A program made the position numbers and the translations under genes. Shown one piece after another: positions 11,739 to 23,094 of a DNA stretch of 43,538 nt; positions within the stretch are counted from its first letter, which is position 1, and each line of letters begins with the position of its first letter. The notes beneath the pieces are model-generated. The model was not told the origin of the DNA and did not search any database. It saw nothing but the letters and a program-made list of their open reading frames with translations. The stretch is from Octopus bimaculoides (Eukaryota). Location of the stretch: the NCBI RefSeq assembly GCF_001194135.2, contig NC_068984.1, positions 56,510,285 through 56,553,822 on the forward strand, in the 5' to 3' direction.

Positions 11739-12000
11739 CACACACAAGTAAATTATTCTACTAGATCAGTGGTTCTCAACCAAGGTCCATATAACCCCTG
11801 AGGGTCCATATAAGATTTTTGGAGGTTCACACAAACAAAATCCTTGTTTCTCCCCCTGTGTGTAGTAAAGATATAACACACACGCACACACACACTCACA
11901 CACAAGTAAATTATTCAACTAGATCAGTGGTTCTCAACCAAGGTCCATATAACCCTTGAGGGTCCATATAAGATTTTTGGAGGTTCACACAAACAAAATC
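11739..12000 (+). repeat. 104-bp direct duplication including flank and left end of the MITE
   Basis: 11739-11842 versus 11897-12000, 2 mismatches, period 158. Confidence 0.9.
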
Positions 12001-12260
12001 ATAAATCACGAATCCACAATAGTATGTTAAGAGCCCTTGAAAAGTTTTTTCTTTTGATGTATTTATTGCAAGAAACAGCTAAATTCTTTCTCTAACATTT
12101 TATATAGCTCAAACTAAACAAATGTGTGAAAAGTAAAATAGGAATTTTGAAAGAAGTTTCTATAAAACTAGTTTTTAAACACTGAATGGCTATGAGAATC
12201 TACCAGAATAGAACAATAATCAGATGGGTCCATAGATAAGAGAATGCTTAAGAACCACTG
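11925..12260. mobile_element. hAT-type MITE, same family as 10368-10616
   Basis: TIRs cagtggttctcaacc / ttaagaaccactg, with shared internal motifs (ccatataacccttgagggtccatataagatttt; tgaatggctatgag). The TSD is poorly preserved. Confidence 0.75.
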
Positions 12261-12404
12261 TACAACATGAATACAGTAGCAGTGGGAAAAATAATGTTAC
12301 ATGAATGAAACACCTTACCCCAACCAATACCTTATATCTTCTATTTGAGTAGTAGTAACAGTAGTGGCTACAGCAGCAATAGTTGTTGTTGGTGTAACAA
12401 TAAT

Positions 12405-12835
12405 AACTGTTTCTAATTTAGGCACAAAGCTAGCAATTTGGATGGTTAGTGGTTAGTCAATACAAGTGTCCCCAGTATTAGGCTGGTACTTTATTTCATT
12501 AATGAAGAAAGGATGTAAAGCAAAGTTGACCTCAGTGGAATTTGAACTCAGAAAGTAAAGATCCAGGAAAAATAACATAAAGCACCTTTATTTTCTGATG
12601 TCCTAATGGTTCTGCCAATCCAATGACCTAGTTACAATGACAATAATAACCCTTTTTTTTCTGTAGGCACAAGGCTTGAAATTTGGGTTACACTGATCCC
12701 AGTGCTCAACTGGAGTTTAAAATAAAAAGCTAAGTCAGCCTTGAACTCAGAACATGATGAGATGGAAAAAGTACTGCTAGATATTTTGCCTAATGCTCTA
12801 ACAATTCTGTCAGCTCACTGTATTTATAACAATAA
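12405..12835 (-). mobile_element. Two adjacent decayed SINE copies (Meta-domain-like)
   Basis: ttaggcacaaagc...ctggtactttatttc...ggatgtaaagcaaagttgacc...tttgaactcaga (12415-12620) and aggcacaaggcttgaaatttggg...gaactcagaac (12665-12830). Confidence 0.65.
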
Positions 12836-12877
12836 TAATAATACCAAGCTGTTTTAATCTTAACTATATCTCTAAAT

Positions 12878-13234
12878 CAATGGTTCTTGAACAGTGCACT
12901 GTGCTGCATTAGTGCATCACAAGTGAGGTTTCAGATGTGCTTTGAATTTAAAAAAATATAATTTAGAGTTCTAGAAAATCTGTACTTATACTTGAGCATC
13001 TTGAAAGCATGTTATTCATAATCTTGTTATGGATAAGTGTGATTAATTAAATGAGATAAGCAATGGGGTATTTTTATATATATTTTTTCTGAATTTTCAG
13101 CTTTAAAATTTAGTTTTGTTTAGCATTCTATGCAAAGTGCTACAGTAATATTTTTTACTTTCCATGAGAATTGCACTAATTTTTTTTACACACTATCCAG
13201 TCTACTACAAAGTCAGAAAAATTGAAAACCACTG
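12878..13234. mobile_element. hAT-type MITE
   Basis: TIRs caatggttcttgaac / attgaaaaccactg. TSD ctctaaat / ctctaaag. Confidence 0.8.
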
Positions 13235-13584
13235 CTCTAAAGAGCCATCTCATAATAAAACAGGCCTCAAGTAACCACTTAGTATGTTGGGAGTTACTAA
13301 GGAGAAAGAGAAAAAGAGAGAAAAATCTTAAAACAAGTTATACTCAAGTATCATAAGGTGATGAACACAAAATTTAAAATGATGAAAAAAAATCAGGAAT
13401 GCCTTTTAAACTATAAACTGTTTTCTCTCTATAAGGAATGTCTGACTTTGTAAAATATTGAATTTAGCTTAATTTATATATCTCAAGTTATGCTGTGCTG
13501 CTGATTCCAAAGAAGGATCAAATACATGGCCACCAATGACTAAAAACTTTATGTGTAGAAAAAAAATTACATGTGCATACTCAC

Positions 13585-13641
13585 CTTCTTTACTCTTTGA
13601 TGTAAATTCCAAACTTCCAAATCCACCGCATCTAATTTAAT
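13585..13641 (-). CDS. Candidate 57-nt internal exon of an unidentified gene (IKLDAVDLEVWNLHQRVKK)
   Basis: Acceptor aattccttctag, donor AAG|gtgagt, open in phase 0-0. An alternative 47-nt form reads CGGFGSLEFTSKSKE. No homolog recognised. Confidence 0.3.
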
Positions 13642-14029
13642 CTAGAAGGAATTGTTTCTCCTGCCTATAATAGTTGTCCACCAGGGGCACAAAGTGATTA
13701 AAGTCATATTTATTTGAAATGAGAATTCTATAAGACAGATGTTTGAGGAAAGAAACTACCTGAGTAGAAACATTTCCTATAGATAAGGACAACAACATAC
13801 TTATAAAGTTGATTTCCTGCAATCATTACTCATAGAACAGATTTCAAATTATATTCTGTTAAGTATTTAAACAAAATAAATCTAGTAAAACTGATTTAAT
13901 ACTTAACTCTACCATCATAGCTGAATATCTTATTCTTTTGAAAGTAAAGATAATTTTTCATAAAGTTACTTAATTATTTATTTCTATACAATAAGCATGG
14001 ATGTAAGCATGTTTGTATGATCAAAAAGT

Positions 14030-14150
14030 TAGCTGTGTAACTATGTGATTTCTGGTTCAGTCTCATTGTGCAACATTTTGAGCTTGTTCTTTCAACCATT
14101 ACCCAGGGTTGATAAACTATCATAGATGGGCACTGTATGGAACCTCGTTC
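14030..14150 (+). mobile_element. Decayed CORE-like SINE fragment
   Basis: gatttctggttcagtctcattgtgcaacattttgagcttgttctttc...atagatgggcactgtatggaacctcg parallels the SINE family at 42085-42220. Confidence 0.45.
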
Positions 14151-15664
14151 TTGATGGTAGACTTAATCAAGTCACCTGATTCAACACCCTTACCTAATCC
14201 TTGTTTGCTTATAGCAAGCATTGGATCCAAGTCCCGGTCTAAGGATAAAATACCCCTCTTCCTCCTGCCAACCACTCCACCAGTCAGATGCCCTGTTAAG
14301 GGTTATTGTACTGCCTTTCCTTCTTTGACTAAATCATTGAAAAAAAAAAAAAAAAAGTATGTTTTAAGGACTACCCATAGCAAATCTCACTTTTTAATGT
14401 GTTGACTCTTGCTTGTACTACCTACTTCTAATCTCTTCATATTCTACTGACAATATACAAAGTAATCTCAATCAAAGCAAGAAGCAATTAAGTTAATGAT
14501 GTTAACATTGATTAATAGAGTTTTCCTAAAATTGACCATTGTCTTAACTTCTTCCTTCATTTATCTATTCAAGACTGGTTTGTATTTTGACTGAGATTTC
14601 TTTTTCTTATTTTTGTGCAAATTACTTTTTGTTGTCTTTGAAATTTCCTGTACCAGACATATTCATGGTTTATTGGTTTTGCTTGCAAATACTTATCAAC
14701 AATAACTTCAAAGTCTTATTTATCCTTTGTGCTATTAGCAATTTCTTACAAGTGCTATATAGATTTTGGTGGATAAATTTTCAGTTGAGGGAAATCATTA
14801 GTTGGGTAGGTTCATATGAGTCCTTTAACCAAGAAAACTTCAGAAAGATGACTGCTATCAACAATAAGATTGTGATAGCTTGGCTGTATTGAATTTCTCA
14901 CTATATCAGCTATTTAACAGGTTTTATTGATTCAATTGTTCTTTGAAAAAATTTTTCATATTGCAAGTAATATGGCTTTGGTTTTATCTAGTTTATTTTC
15001 AATAAGTGCTTTTCTGTGTTTCCACAAGAGAAACAACATGAAAATTAACTTCACAGAATATTAGAACTCTTTCAGTTATTAGAGGTAATTTTGCTTTTTG
15101 CATATGAACATACTTTTACAATACCATATCACCAATGCTTTATTACTACTCATCATGAACTATCTTTCTCTCTTCAATGAAATACAGATCACAGTCAAGA
15201 TTTACAGAATTGCATCTTGGGAATGCAAAATTATTTTCAGATATGAAAAGGCAGACTTAAAACTAAATAAAAGATTGCCAGCAATTCACATCAAAATAAA
15301 TCAGCTGTGGTTCTGATATTTCTTTAAAACCGTCATTTTTAATACTATGCAGTATTGATGCTATACCCAGTGTAATTTTGCTTCCTATCAAACATCAACT
15401 TGTAGTCTAGGATGATGAGTATTTTTTTTTTTTTGTATCTAGTTAGAAAGACTTTTTATGTTGTTCATGTCTGCTCTTACTTTGTATCAAAGACTTTCCA
15501 GATAATTTTTGCTGAACCAAGTAAACAGATTTTCTCTACTGCACCTACTCTCAGATTAAAGTCTAATTTTCCAAGATTTACTCACAAATTCCTACTCATT
15601 GTTTCAAGGCCCCAATGATAATTGGTAGGATCATGACTGTGTTAACTTTTTGTTCCAGCATTTC

Positions 15665-16207
15665 TTTTATCTTTTATTATTTACTTGTTTCAGTCATTAG
15701 ACTGCAGCCATGCTGGAGCAACACCTTGAAGAATTTCTTGTCGAATGAATCCACCTCAGTACTTTTTTTTTACCTTTTTCTCTAAACTTGGTACTTGTTC
15801 TATCAGTCAAACTGCTAAGTTGTAGGGATATAAACACACTAACTCCGCCTAAGAATATCTGAAGAAGGAATTGTATTCCAAAATATCATCGGACTATGGA
15901 TAACTAAATTATAACAGGTATATAGTTCATTTATTGTATTATAGTACATTGTTGTACCACTCAAAACTTTTTATTCTTTACACTAACATCAGTTGTCAAG
16001 TGGTGGTGGGAGACAAACATTGACACAGACACAAACATAGATATATAAATGACGGGCTTCTTTAAGTTTCCATCTACCAAATCCACTCACAAGGTTTTGG
16101 TCAGTCTGAGGCTGTAGTAGAAGACACTTGCCCAAAGTGCCACACAATGGGACTGAATCCAGAACCATGCAGTTGTGAAGCAAGCTTCCTACCATAGCCA
16201 CACCTAT
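15665..16207 (-). mobile_element. tRNA/CORE-like SINE interrupted by a 136-bp insertion
   Basis: Colinear with 41850-42222 except for 15844-15979, which is flanked by the direct repeat acactaac. Confidence 0.8.
15844..15979 (+). mobile_element. Short insertion with 8-bp TSD and degenerate hammerhead-like core (Penelope pLTR-like)
   Basis: TSD acactaac at 15836-15843 and 15980-15987. Core is ctgaaga-a-ggaat-tgt-attcc-aaaa-tatc (15859-15887). Confidence 0.55.
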
Positions 16208-16689
16208 GAGAATTTCACACTTCAAGCTGGTGTAATACACTAATTTTTCTTTTTCTTGACTCTACTATCAAATAGGTATGTCACACTGATTACAAGGCAT
16301 ATTTACTTATCAATGGCAACAATATCTGGCTTGCAGTGTTTTATTCTCCTTTTGGTTTGCGTAGGAAAGTCTCATAATAACCTCATTTTATAACTTTTGA
16401 AGACTTTCATTTCTACTCCCACAAAATGATGAAGAAGCTCTTTGCTGTGCATTTGTGAAACTGAATATTTTCCAAAATTCCAGCAAATTACTGTAGCCAT
16501 TTTATCATATGTACGTTTTTACATTCACTCTGAGCTGAATCATTGCACATTCTACATTCGGGTGAACAACCCAGCATATTTATTATTCTCCAGTTCAACT
16601 ATCTTTTTGACAATTATTAACCCTTTTCTACTTTCTGTTCTTTCTAGTCTAACTGATTTGCATTTGATAATAGAGATATAAACTTGTGA

Positions 16690-16910
16690 TATGTTGTTGT
16701 TGTTGTTGTTTAGACACATGTCAGGATTTACTGGGGACACCTATGATCAAAGGCATTCTGACCCTGATCAATCTGTCTTTCCCTCAAGCATTATATATCT
16801 TGGACTACATTATTCAATATGCCTCCTTTTTTTCTTTCAAGAAATTAGAATATATTATGAGGGAAATTCAGCTGCTGCTATTTCTGGCAGGTTAAATGAC
16901 CACATAAAGG
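16690..16910 (-). repeat. (AAC)n-ended unclassified repeat, reverse orientation
   Basis: (GTT)n then ttagac...ggactacattattcaat...cagctgctgctatttctggcagg, reverse of the family at 9540 and 30110. Confidence 0.5.
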
Positions 16911-17786
16911 TGCCAATATTGTCTTGTATTGAGGAGAAAAAGAGGAATCAGCAGACTCAGTTTCAATCTTAATTGAGGTTTCATTAGCAACTGCTCACTC
17001 ATATTTTATTATCCATGATAGTACTGTCATCGTCGCTGCCACTGCCACCATCACCTTTGCCGTCATCGTCAGGCATTTAAAGTTCTACAGTTAAGTATAA
17101 AACACTTAAGAATTGTTACTGCATTATTTAGTTATAGTCACAGAAACATTGATGCATTTTACCACCAAAGAAGAAGGTAGCATCTGGCTATTATCACTTA
17201 GCATAAGATAAAAATAAGAATTAAAATATTAACAATGTGTAAGAAAATGAGGGCAACATATTTGGTTAAAAAAAAAGTAATAGTTATTCCCGAAGAAACA
17301 ATTTCTGATTATATAAGAAGCTGAAAAAAAAAAATGAGAATTAATTATGTCACAGAAGTTTAAAACCTAACAGGACAGCAGTGAGAAATACATTTATAGA
17401 TAAGATGAAAAATGTCTGAAAACAAAAGTGTAAAAAGGTAAAAGAAAATTCCCATTCTTAAAACTGTGAAATTGCTTATGAAATCTTATGAACAAGTAGG
17501 TTTATATTTTCATCAATTTGAACTTATACAGAATAATACTCTTTACCAGATAGTAAGAGAAAGAGAGTTATAATTGGCTGATAGTTGGCAGTTTGCATGC
17601 TGTGAACCTGGAAAAGATTTAACTTCCAATGGTCAATTCCATCTGGCCTAGTAAATTGAAGCCATGAATATGTACAGATCATTGTTGTAAGTAGTGGTGA
17701 CACAGAACAATCAACAGATATTCTGTTTGGTCACAACTCTGAACTTTAATCTTCCTATTAGTTTCATTGTAGTATCATTTCTCAAA

Positions 17787-19954
17787 TCAGGCTATAATAG
17801 AGGAATTCAAAACTGGATGTCTGTGGGAACTGTTATATGCTGATGATCTTACTCTTATAGCAGAATCTTTAGCAGAATTGGAGAAGAAATTCCAGGTATG
17901 GAAGCAAAACCTGTAATCAAAGGGCTTTAAAGTTAACCTAGCAAAGACCAAAGTTGTTCTTAGTAAGAAAGAAAATAAAACATTCTTTATATCACATAAA
18001 TGGCCCTGCTCAACATGTAGGAAAGGAGTTGAAAGAAATTCCATTCACTGCACCCAGTGTAAACTATGGACTCATAAGGTGTAGTGGAATCACAGGTAGA
18101 TTAACAGATAAAGTAATATTTGTATGTGGCAGATGTGTAGGAACAAAATGCACTAAGAGCGCACAGGACTTAGATTCTCTCAAATGCCCAGGAGGCTCTC
18201 TCAAGGTTGTAGATAGTTTCTGTTACCTAGGTGACCAAATTAGCAGTGATGGTGGATGCTCTGGAAGTATTATTTCTAGAATAAGAATAAGGTGGAGGAA
18301 GTTCAGAGAGCTATTACCTCTGTTGGCAACAAAAGGATTCTCTCTCAGAGTGAAAGATAGACTATATGATGCTTGTGTATGAATGACTATACTCCATAGT
18401 AGTGAGACATGGGCTCTAAATGCAGAAGACATGTGTAGACAGGAAAGAGATGAAGGCAGTATGTTCTGTTGGATGTGCAACATCAGTGTGTATGTACAAC
18501 AACGTGTATATGTATTGAAAGAAAAGTTGAGCATAAGATGAATCAAATGTAGCATGCAAGAGAGAAGATTATGTTGGTTTGGACAAGTGATATGTATAAA
18601 TGAGGACAGCTGTATAAAGAAGTGCCGATCACTGAAAGTGGATGGTACCCACAGAAGAGGGAGACTCAGGAAGACATGGGATGAAGTGGTAAGGATCGAT
18701 CTCAGGATATTGGACCCCATGGAGGAAATGACAATGGGTCAAGATATCTGGCAATATGAGGTTCTTGAGAAGACCTGCCCATGCCAGCAAAACTGAGTTC
18801 TAGAAGTGCTGTATGTCCCACCCACACATAACAAGAAAACTTCTCACACACCCTACCACAACAAACCAAACTCCATCTCTACATCTCTTCTCTTCCTCAC
18901 ATTTCCACTTCATGCACTATGCTTACCTCCCACTCCCCTATCCTGTCCTCTTGGCCCTTCTCACTGTATCATTGCTATCTGCTAGCCCCCAATCTGTGTG
19001 TTCCACCGACATGTAACAAGAAAACTTTTCACACACCCTACACCAAAAAAAACAATCTACATCTCTTCTCTTCTTCACATCTTCTCCTTCATGCACTCTG
19101 CTTGTCTCACTCCCCAATCCTGTCCTCACAGCCCAGTTTCTCTGTATCATTGCTATCCAGTAGCCCCTACCTCTATATACTCAGGTTTTCACCACTCACT
19201 TCCCCTCCCTACTCTCTAATCACGCTTCTTTGGCAATACCCTGCCACTTATATTATGACCTTTGAACCTCAAGGGTATGCCCTGGCACTTGCCACCATCT
19301 ATATCTCTCTCTGCCTTTACTCGACCATCCCATTTATATTCTGATCCCCGTTCCTTGTGAGTAAACCTGGCACTTTGCCACCAACTCTATTCTGATGTCC
19401 CCCACTCTCTCTTTCCTTCTCCTGCACTTCCCTTAGGTTGAGTAACCATGTATCTCCTTTGCAGCAGCACATCTGTTTCTGTCCTCATTCCTGATCTCTC
19501 TTTCACTCTCTCTCTCTCTCCCTCTCTCTAGCTGGGTAACCTTGTACCTCCTCTACAGCATGACACCTGTTTCTGTCTCTCTGTCTCACTATAACCTTTT
19601 ATCATCTGACACACCTCCTTCAACGCTGCCTCCCCTCTAAAAAGATTTCTTGTCTTGCAGGTTACTTGGTGACCCTGTCAGTGCAGGTGCCACTTAAAAA
19701 GCGTCCAGTCCACTCTGTGAAGTGGTTGGTGCTTGGAAGGGCATCTGGCTGTAAAAACCTTACCAAAACTGACCACGCCTGAGCTTGTGCCTCATAAAAA
19801 GCGCTAAGTCCACTCTGCTGGGTGGTTGGTGTTAGGAAGGGCATCCAGCTGTAAAACTCCTGCCAAAACAGTCACAGAAGTCCGGTGCAGGCTTCTGCTT
19901 GGCTGGCTTTCGTCAAACTGTCCCATCCATGCCAGCATAGAAGGCAGATGTTAA

Positions 19955-19989
<35 letters not shown>
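17787..19989 (+). mobile_element. 5'-truncated RTE-clade LINE with long 3' UTR and (GAT)n tail
   Basis: WELLYADDLTLIAES (YADD at 17836-17847), KVNLAKTKV, FCYLGDQISSDGGC, RRLCWFGQV, GRLRKTWDEVV. Stop at 18794-18796 and tail ttaaatgatgatgat to ~19989. Several stops and frameshifts. Confidence 0.92.
18001..18140 (+). other. PHD-like C4HC3 zinc finger inside LINE ORF2 (one frameshift)
   Basis: WPCSTCRKGVERNSIHCTQCKLWTHK/CSGITGRLTDKVIFVCGRC. Confidence 0.75.
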
Positions 19990-19990
<1 letters not shown>

Positions 19991-20929
19991 GTGACATTTA
20001 ATGATGAAATCAATGAAAAGTAAAAAGTGGTACCTTTGATCATAAATAATGAAGTCAAAGACATTGAACTAAGTCATGATCAGTAAACTCAATGGGCTAC
20101 AAGTTGTGACATTACCTTGGTAACAAACAGGATATGATAACTTTAGCAGCTATGGGTATCATTCATATATTAACATTAGAGTTTCCTCTCCTTGCAATAA
20201 CAGACTTTCTGATTATTTGTTTGAATTCAAAACCAGGAGTTGCACAGGCTAAATAATATAGCCTGCTGAAATTTAAGAGAATTGTTTTATAATTGTTATG
20301 AAATATATTTATCTGGCTGTTCTTTAAATTGTTTTGGAATCAACAGATTAAAATATATGGTAGTCAGTTGAGGAAGTATATTATAACAGTTAAATTTTGA
20401 AACCTTACATTGTCAGCAAAATATAATTTGAAAGGCTATTAAAATAACATCAGCAAATATGTTATTTGTAAATGCTTTAATTTTGAAAATTATTTTGAAA
20501 TATTGAGCCTGTATAGGCTTACATTAAATGCAAGTTAGGTGGTTTAAGCTTAGAAGCTGTTAGATTCATTAACTGTCATATACAACAGGATGTCATGCCA
20601 ATTCTGTGAATTGCATTACGAATAATGCTTATGATACCTAATATTGTGGCAATGGCAAAGATGCTTTAGTAAACTAAAGCTTATAAAAACATATTCACAG
20701 TTGTCCATGACACCAGACAGATTAAATTCTTTGCCAGTATTTTCAATAGAAAATGTTATTGTATAACAGATAGTTAGAGAAAGTGCTTTAAAATATTTAC
20801 AGATGTAAAACAGAAAAATGTTTTTAAGATAATGCATTGTTTTCAACATAAGTTCATATTTAATTTTGAGAAGAAAATACATTAACATCTACAGGAAATT
20901 AACGGCACCCTTTAGGCTTTACCATTTAC

Positions 20930-20947
20930 CCGCCTATCAGTGTCTGT
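20930..20947 (-). CDS. Candidate 18-nt microexon (ACAGACACTGATAGGCGG)
   Basis: Acceptor atttttgttgcag, donor CGG|gtaaat. Frame-preserving length; reads TDTDRR or R-QTLIG-G. Confidence 0.25.
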
Positions 20948-21449
20948 CTGCAACAAAAATGTGTCAAGATTATTGCCAGTAATGTAGATACAGTCTCTGT
21001 CAGCTTTTCACTCTCTGTCCTTCTCTTCCTTCCCACTAGTTGCATTAATGAAAGAATTTGAAACCTTGATGTTTTGTGACTTCAGTGCAGTGTACATTGA
21101 GAGGTTTCTCTCTGATCCCACAATCAGTCATATTTGTTGTATCTCACACATTCTTTTACATATTAATAAGACATATTTGCTGTTACTTCTAATTGTATAT
21201 ACTTCTATGTAGATGAAACTATCCTCAACTTTTCACACATTGTCATTGTCCAAATGTAAACAAGATAACTCATGCCATATTTGTACTACTTTCATGAATA
21301 GAGACTGAAAAAATCCTTCAATAAGGGTATGACATTTTAGAAGATGGCAGTGTATTTCAAACTGATGTAATGCTTACATTGTTCGATTAAATGGAGCCAC
21401 CTGGAACAGCCATAATACACTAATACCTTGACATCCTTGTTACTTATTT

Positions 21450-21620
21450 ACATATATATACATACATATACACACATATACATCATCATCATCACCATCA
21501 TTTAATGTTCGATGATGATGATGATGATATATACACATACATATACATTCATACATACATATACATACATACATGCATACATACATACATTATGCATACA
21601 GATATGTATATATTTTTACA
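21450..21620. repeat. Low-complexity (TACA)/(TA) tract with central (CAT)n...(GAT)n inverted repeat
   Basis: catcatcatcatcaccatcatttaatgttcgatgatgatgatgatgat at 21481-21528. Confidence 0.85.
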
Positions 21621-22261
21621 TATATACATATAACAAATATCTTCTCTGCAACTGAATGACAAATGCAAAAATAAAAAATAAAAAATAACATATGATATAA
21701 AATCTAAGATATTTAATATGTTGTCCAAAAGATCTCCCAAGCAGAACATAATTCTGAAGTTCAGCTCAGTGCAAAATATAATCAAAATTTGGCTTATTGG
21801 GTTCCTGAAAGTATTTACCAAAACATAATGCATATATCCCTGAAATAGAAAAGCAGTCAATACATTGTGTTATATGTGTATATATGTAAGTATATATATA
21901 TCATTAGATAGTCTAATATATTATATCACAAGATTATAGTTTATATTAATGGATTCTAAATTCAAAAATGGTATGTCTTTTTATTTACAAGACAGAAAAA
22001 GTTAAAAGCTAAGTTTGATGTGAAATGCTTCAATTTAAACAATCAAAAAGGTAATATCTTCCAGAACATTCCAGTTATAAATGAAATAAAGGAAAATTAA
22101 AATGTCGATCCTGCAAAGAAAAGTGGTTTCTTTAAATAAATGTAGAGTGGATATTTTAACTATCCAGTATCTGATAATGTTTAAAATAATGTGAGATATG
22201 ATCGAATTTCAGCCATGGGGACCCATTCAAACCATATCAGCAGAGAAAAGTAGATGTAAAA

Positions 22262-22485
22262 ATGATAATAATGGTTTCAAAATTTGGCACAGGCAAATGA
22301 TTTCAGGGAAGAGGGCAGTTCAGTTACATTGATCACAGTGTTCAACAGGTACTTATTTCATTAACCCTGAAAGGATGAAAAGCAAAATTGATTTCTATGA
22401 AATTTGAACTCAAAATGTGAAGACAGATGAAATGCTGCTGAGCATTTTGCTCAGTATACTAATGTTTCTACCAGTTTGTTGCCTT
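22262..22485 (-). mobile_element. SINE (Meta-domain-like)
   Basis: caggtacttatttcattaaccctgaaaggatgaaaagcaaaattg...tttgaactcaaaatg...agcattttgctc. Confidence 0.75.
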
Positions 22486-22909
22486 AAAAAAAAACAACAA
22501 AAATGATGATAATAATATGGTGGTGGAGGCTGAGATAATGATGATTAGGATGATGCCAGCATTGTGTTGTTTTTCTTAAAATATTCATTTTACCTTGCTC
22601 TAAATAGACTAGGAACAAGACCTTTTTTGTAAAATGACAAATGCTTTGTTGTCTCAAAGTACTGGATTTGTCCAAGATAGTTTGTCCTATTTCCACATAG
22701 ATATTATACAAAATGATCAGTGGGTTATGAGATTTGCCTTAGAGATAGCTCTGATTCAAGAGCTGAAGTATAATTTTCTGGCACTGAAAAGGAAAATCTA
22801 TCTTTGTAATGTAGTTTTGCCTCATGGTCATAATGAAAGGTTAACAGAAATAGCAAGACCTTGAACTTATTGGTAGCTATGATGGTATCATTAATAGTAA
22901 TTAAACGAC

Positions 22910-23060
22910 CAGTGTTGTCTTAAGGCATGGGCACATCAGGCAGTTGCCAAGGTCCTTCACTGGTCTAGGAGCCCAATTCTGATCGATGTCAATAAAAAAT
23001 ACTATAGGGCCCAGTGCATTGATTTGTCAAGGGGCCTATAAAGTTGCTAAGATAGCCCTG
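22910..23060. mobile_element. Short MITE with CAGGGC-type TIRs (PIF/Harbinger-like)
   Basis: Ends cagtgttgtcttaag / ctaagatagccctg are imperfect inverted repeats. A partial second copy lies at 2186-2255. Confidence 0.5.
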
Positions 23061-23094
23061 CATAGGATCTCCATCAGTCACTGTTAACCATGTT

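Noticed and set aside
18223-18720. 165-aa minus-strand ORF
   Set aside because: Antisense shadow of the RTE ORF2
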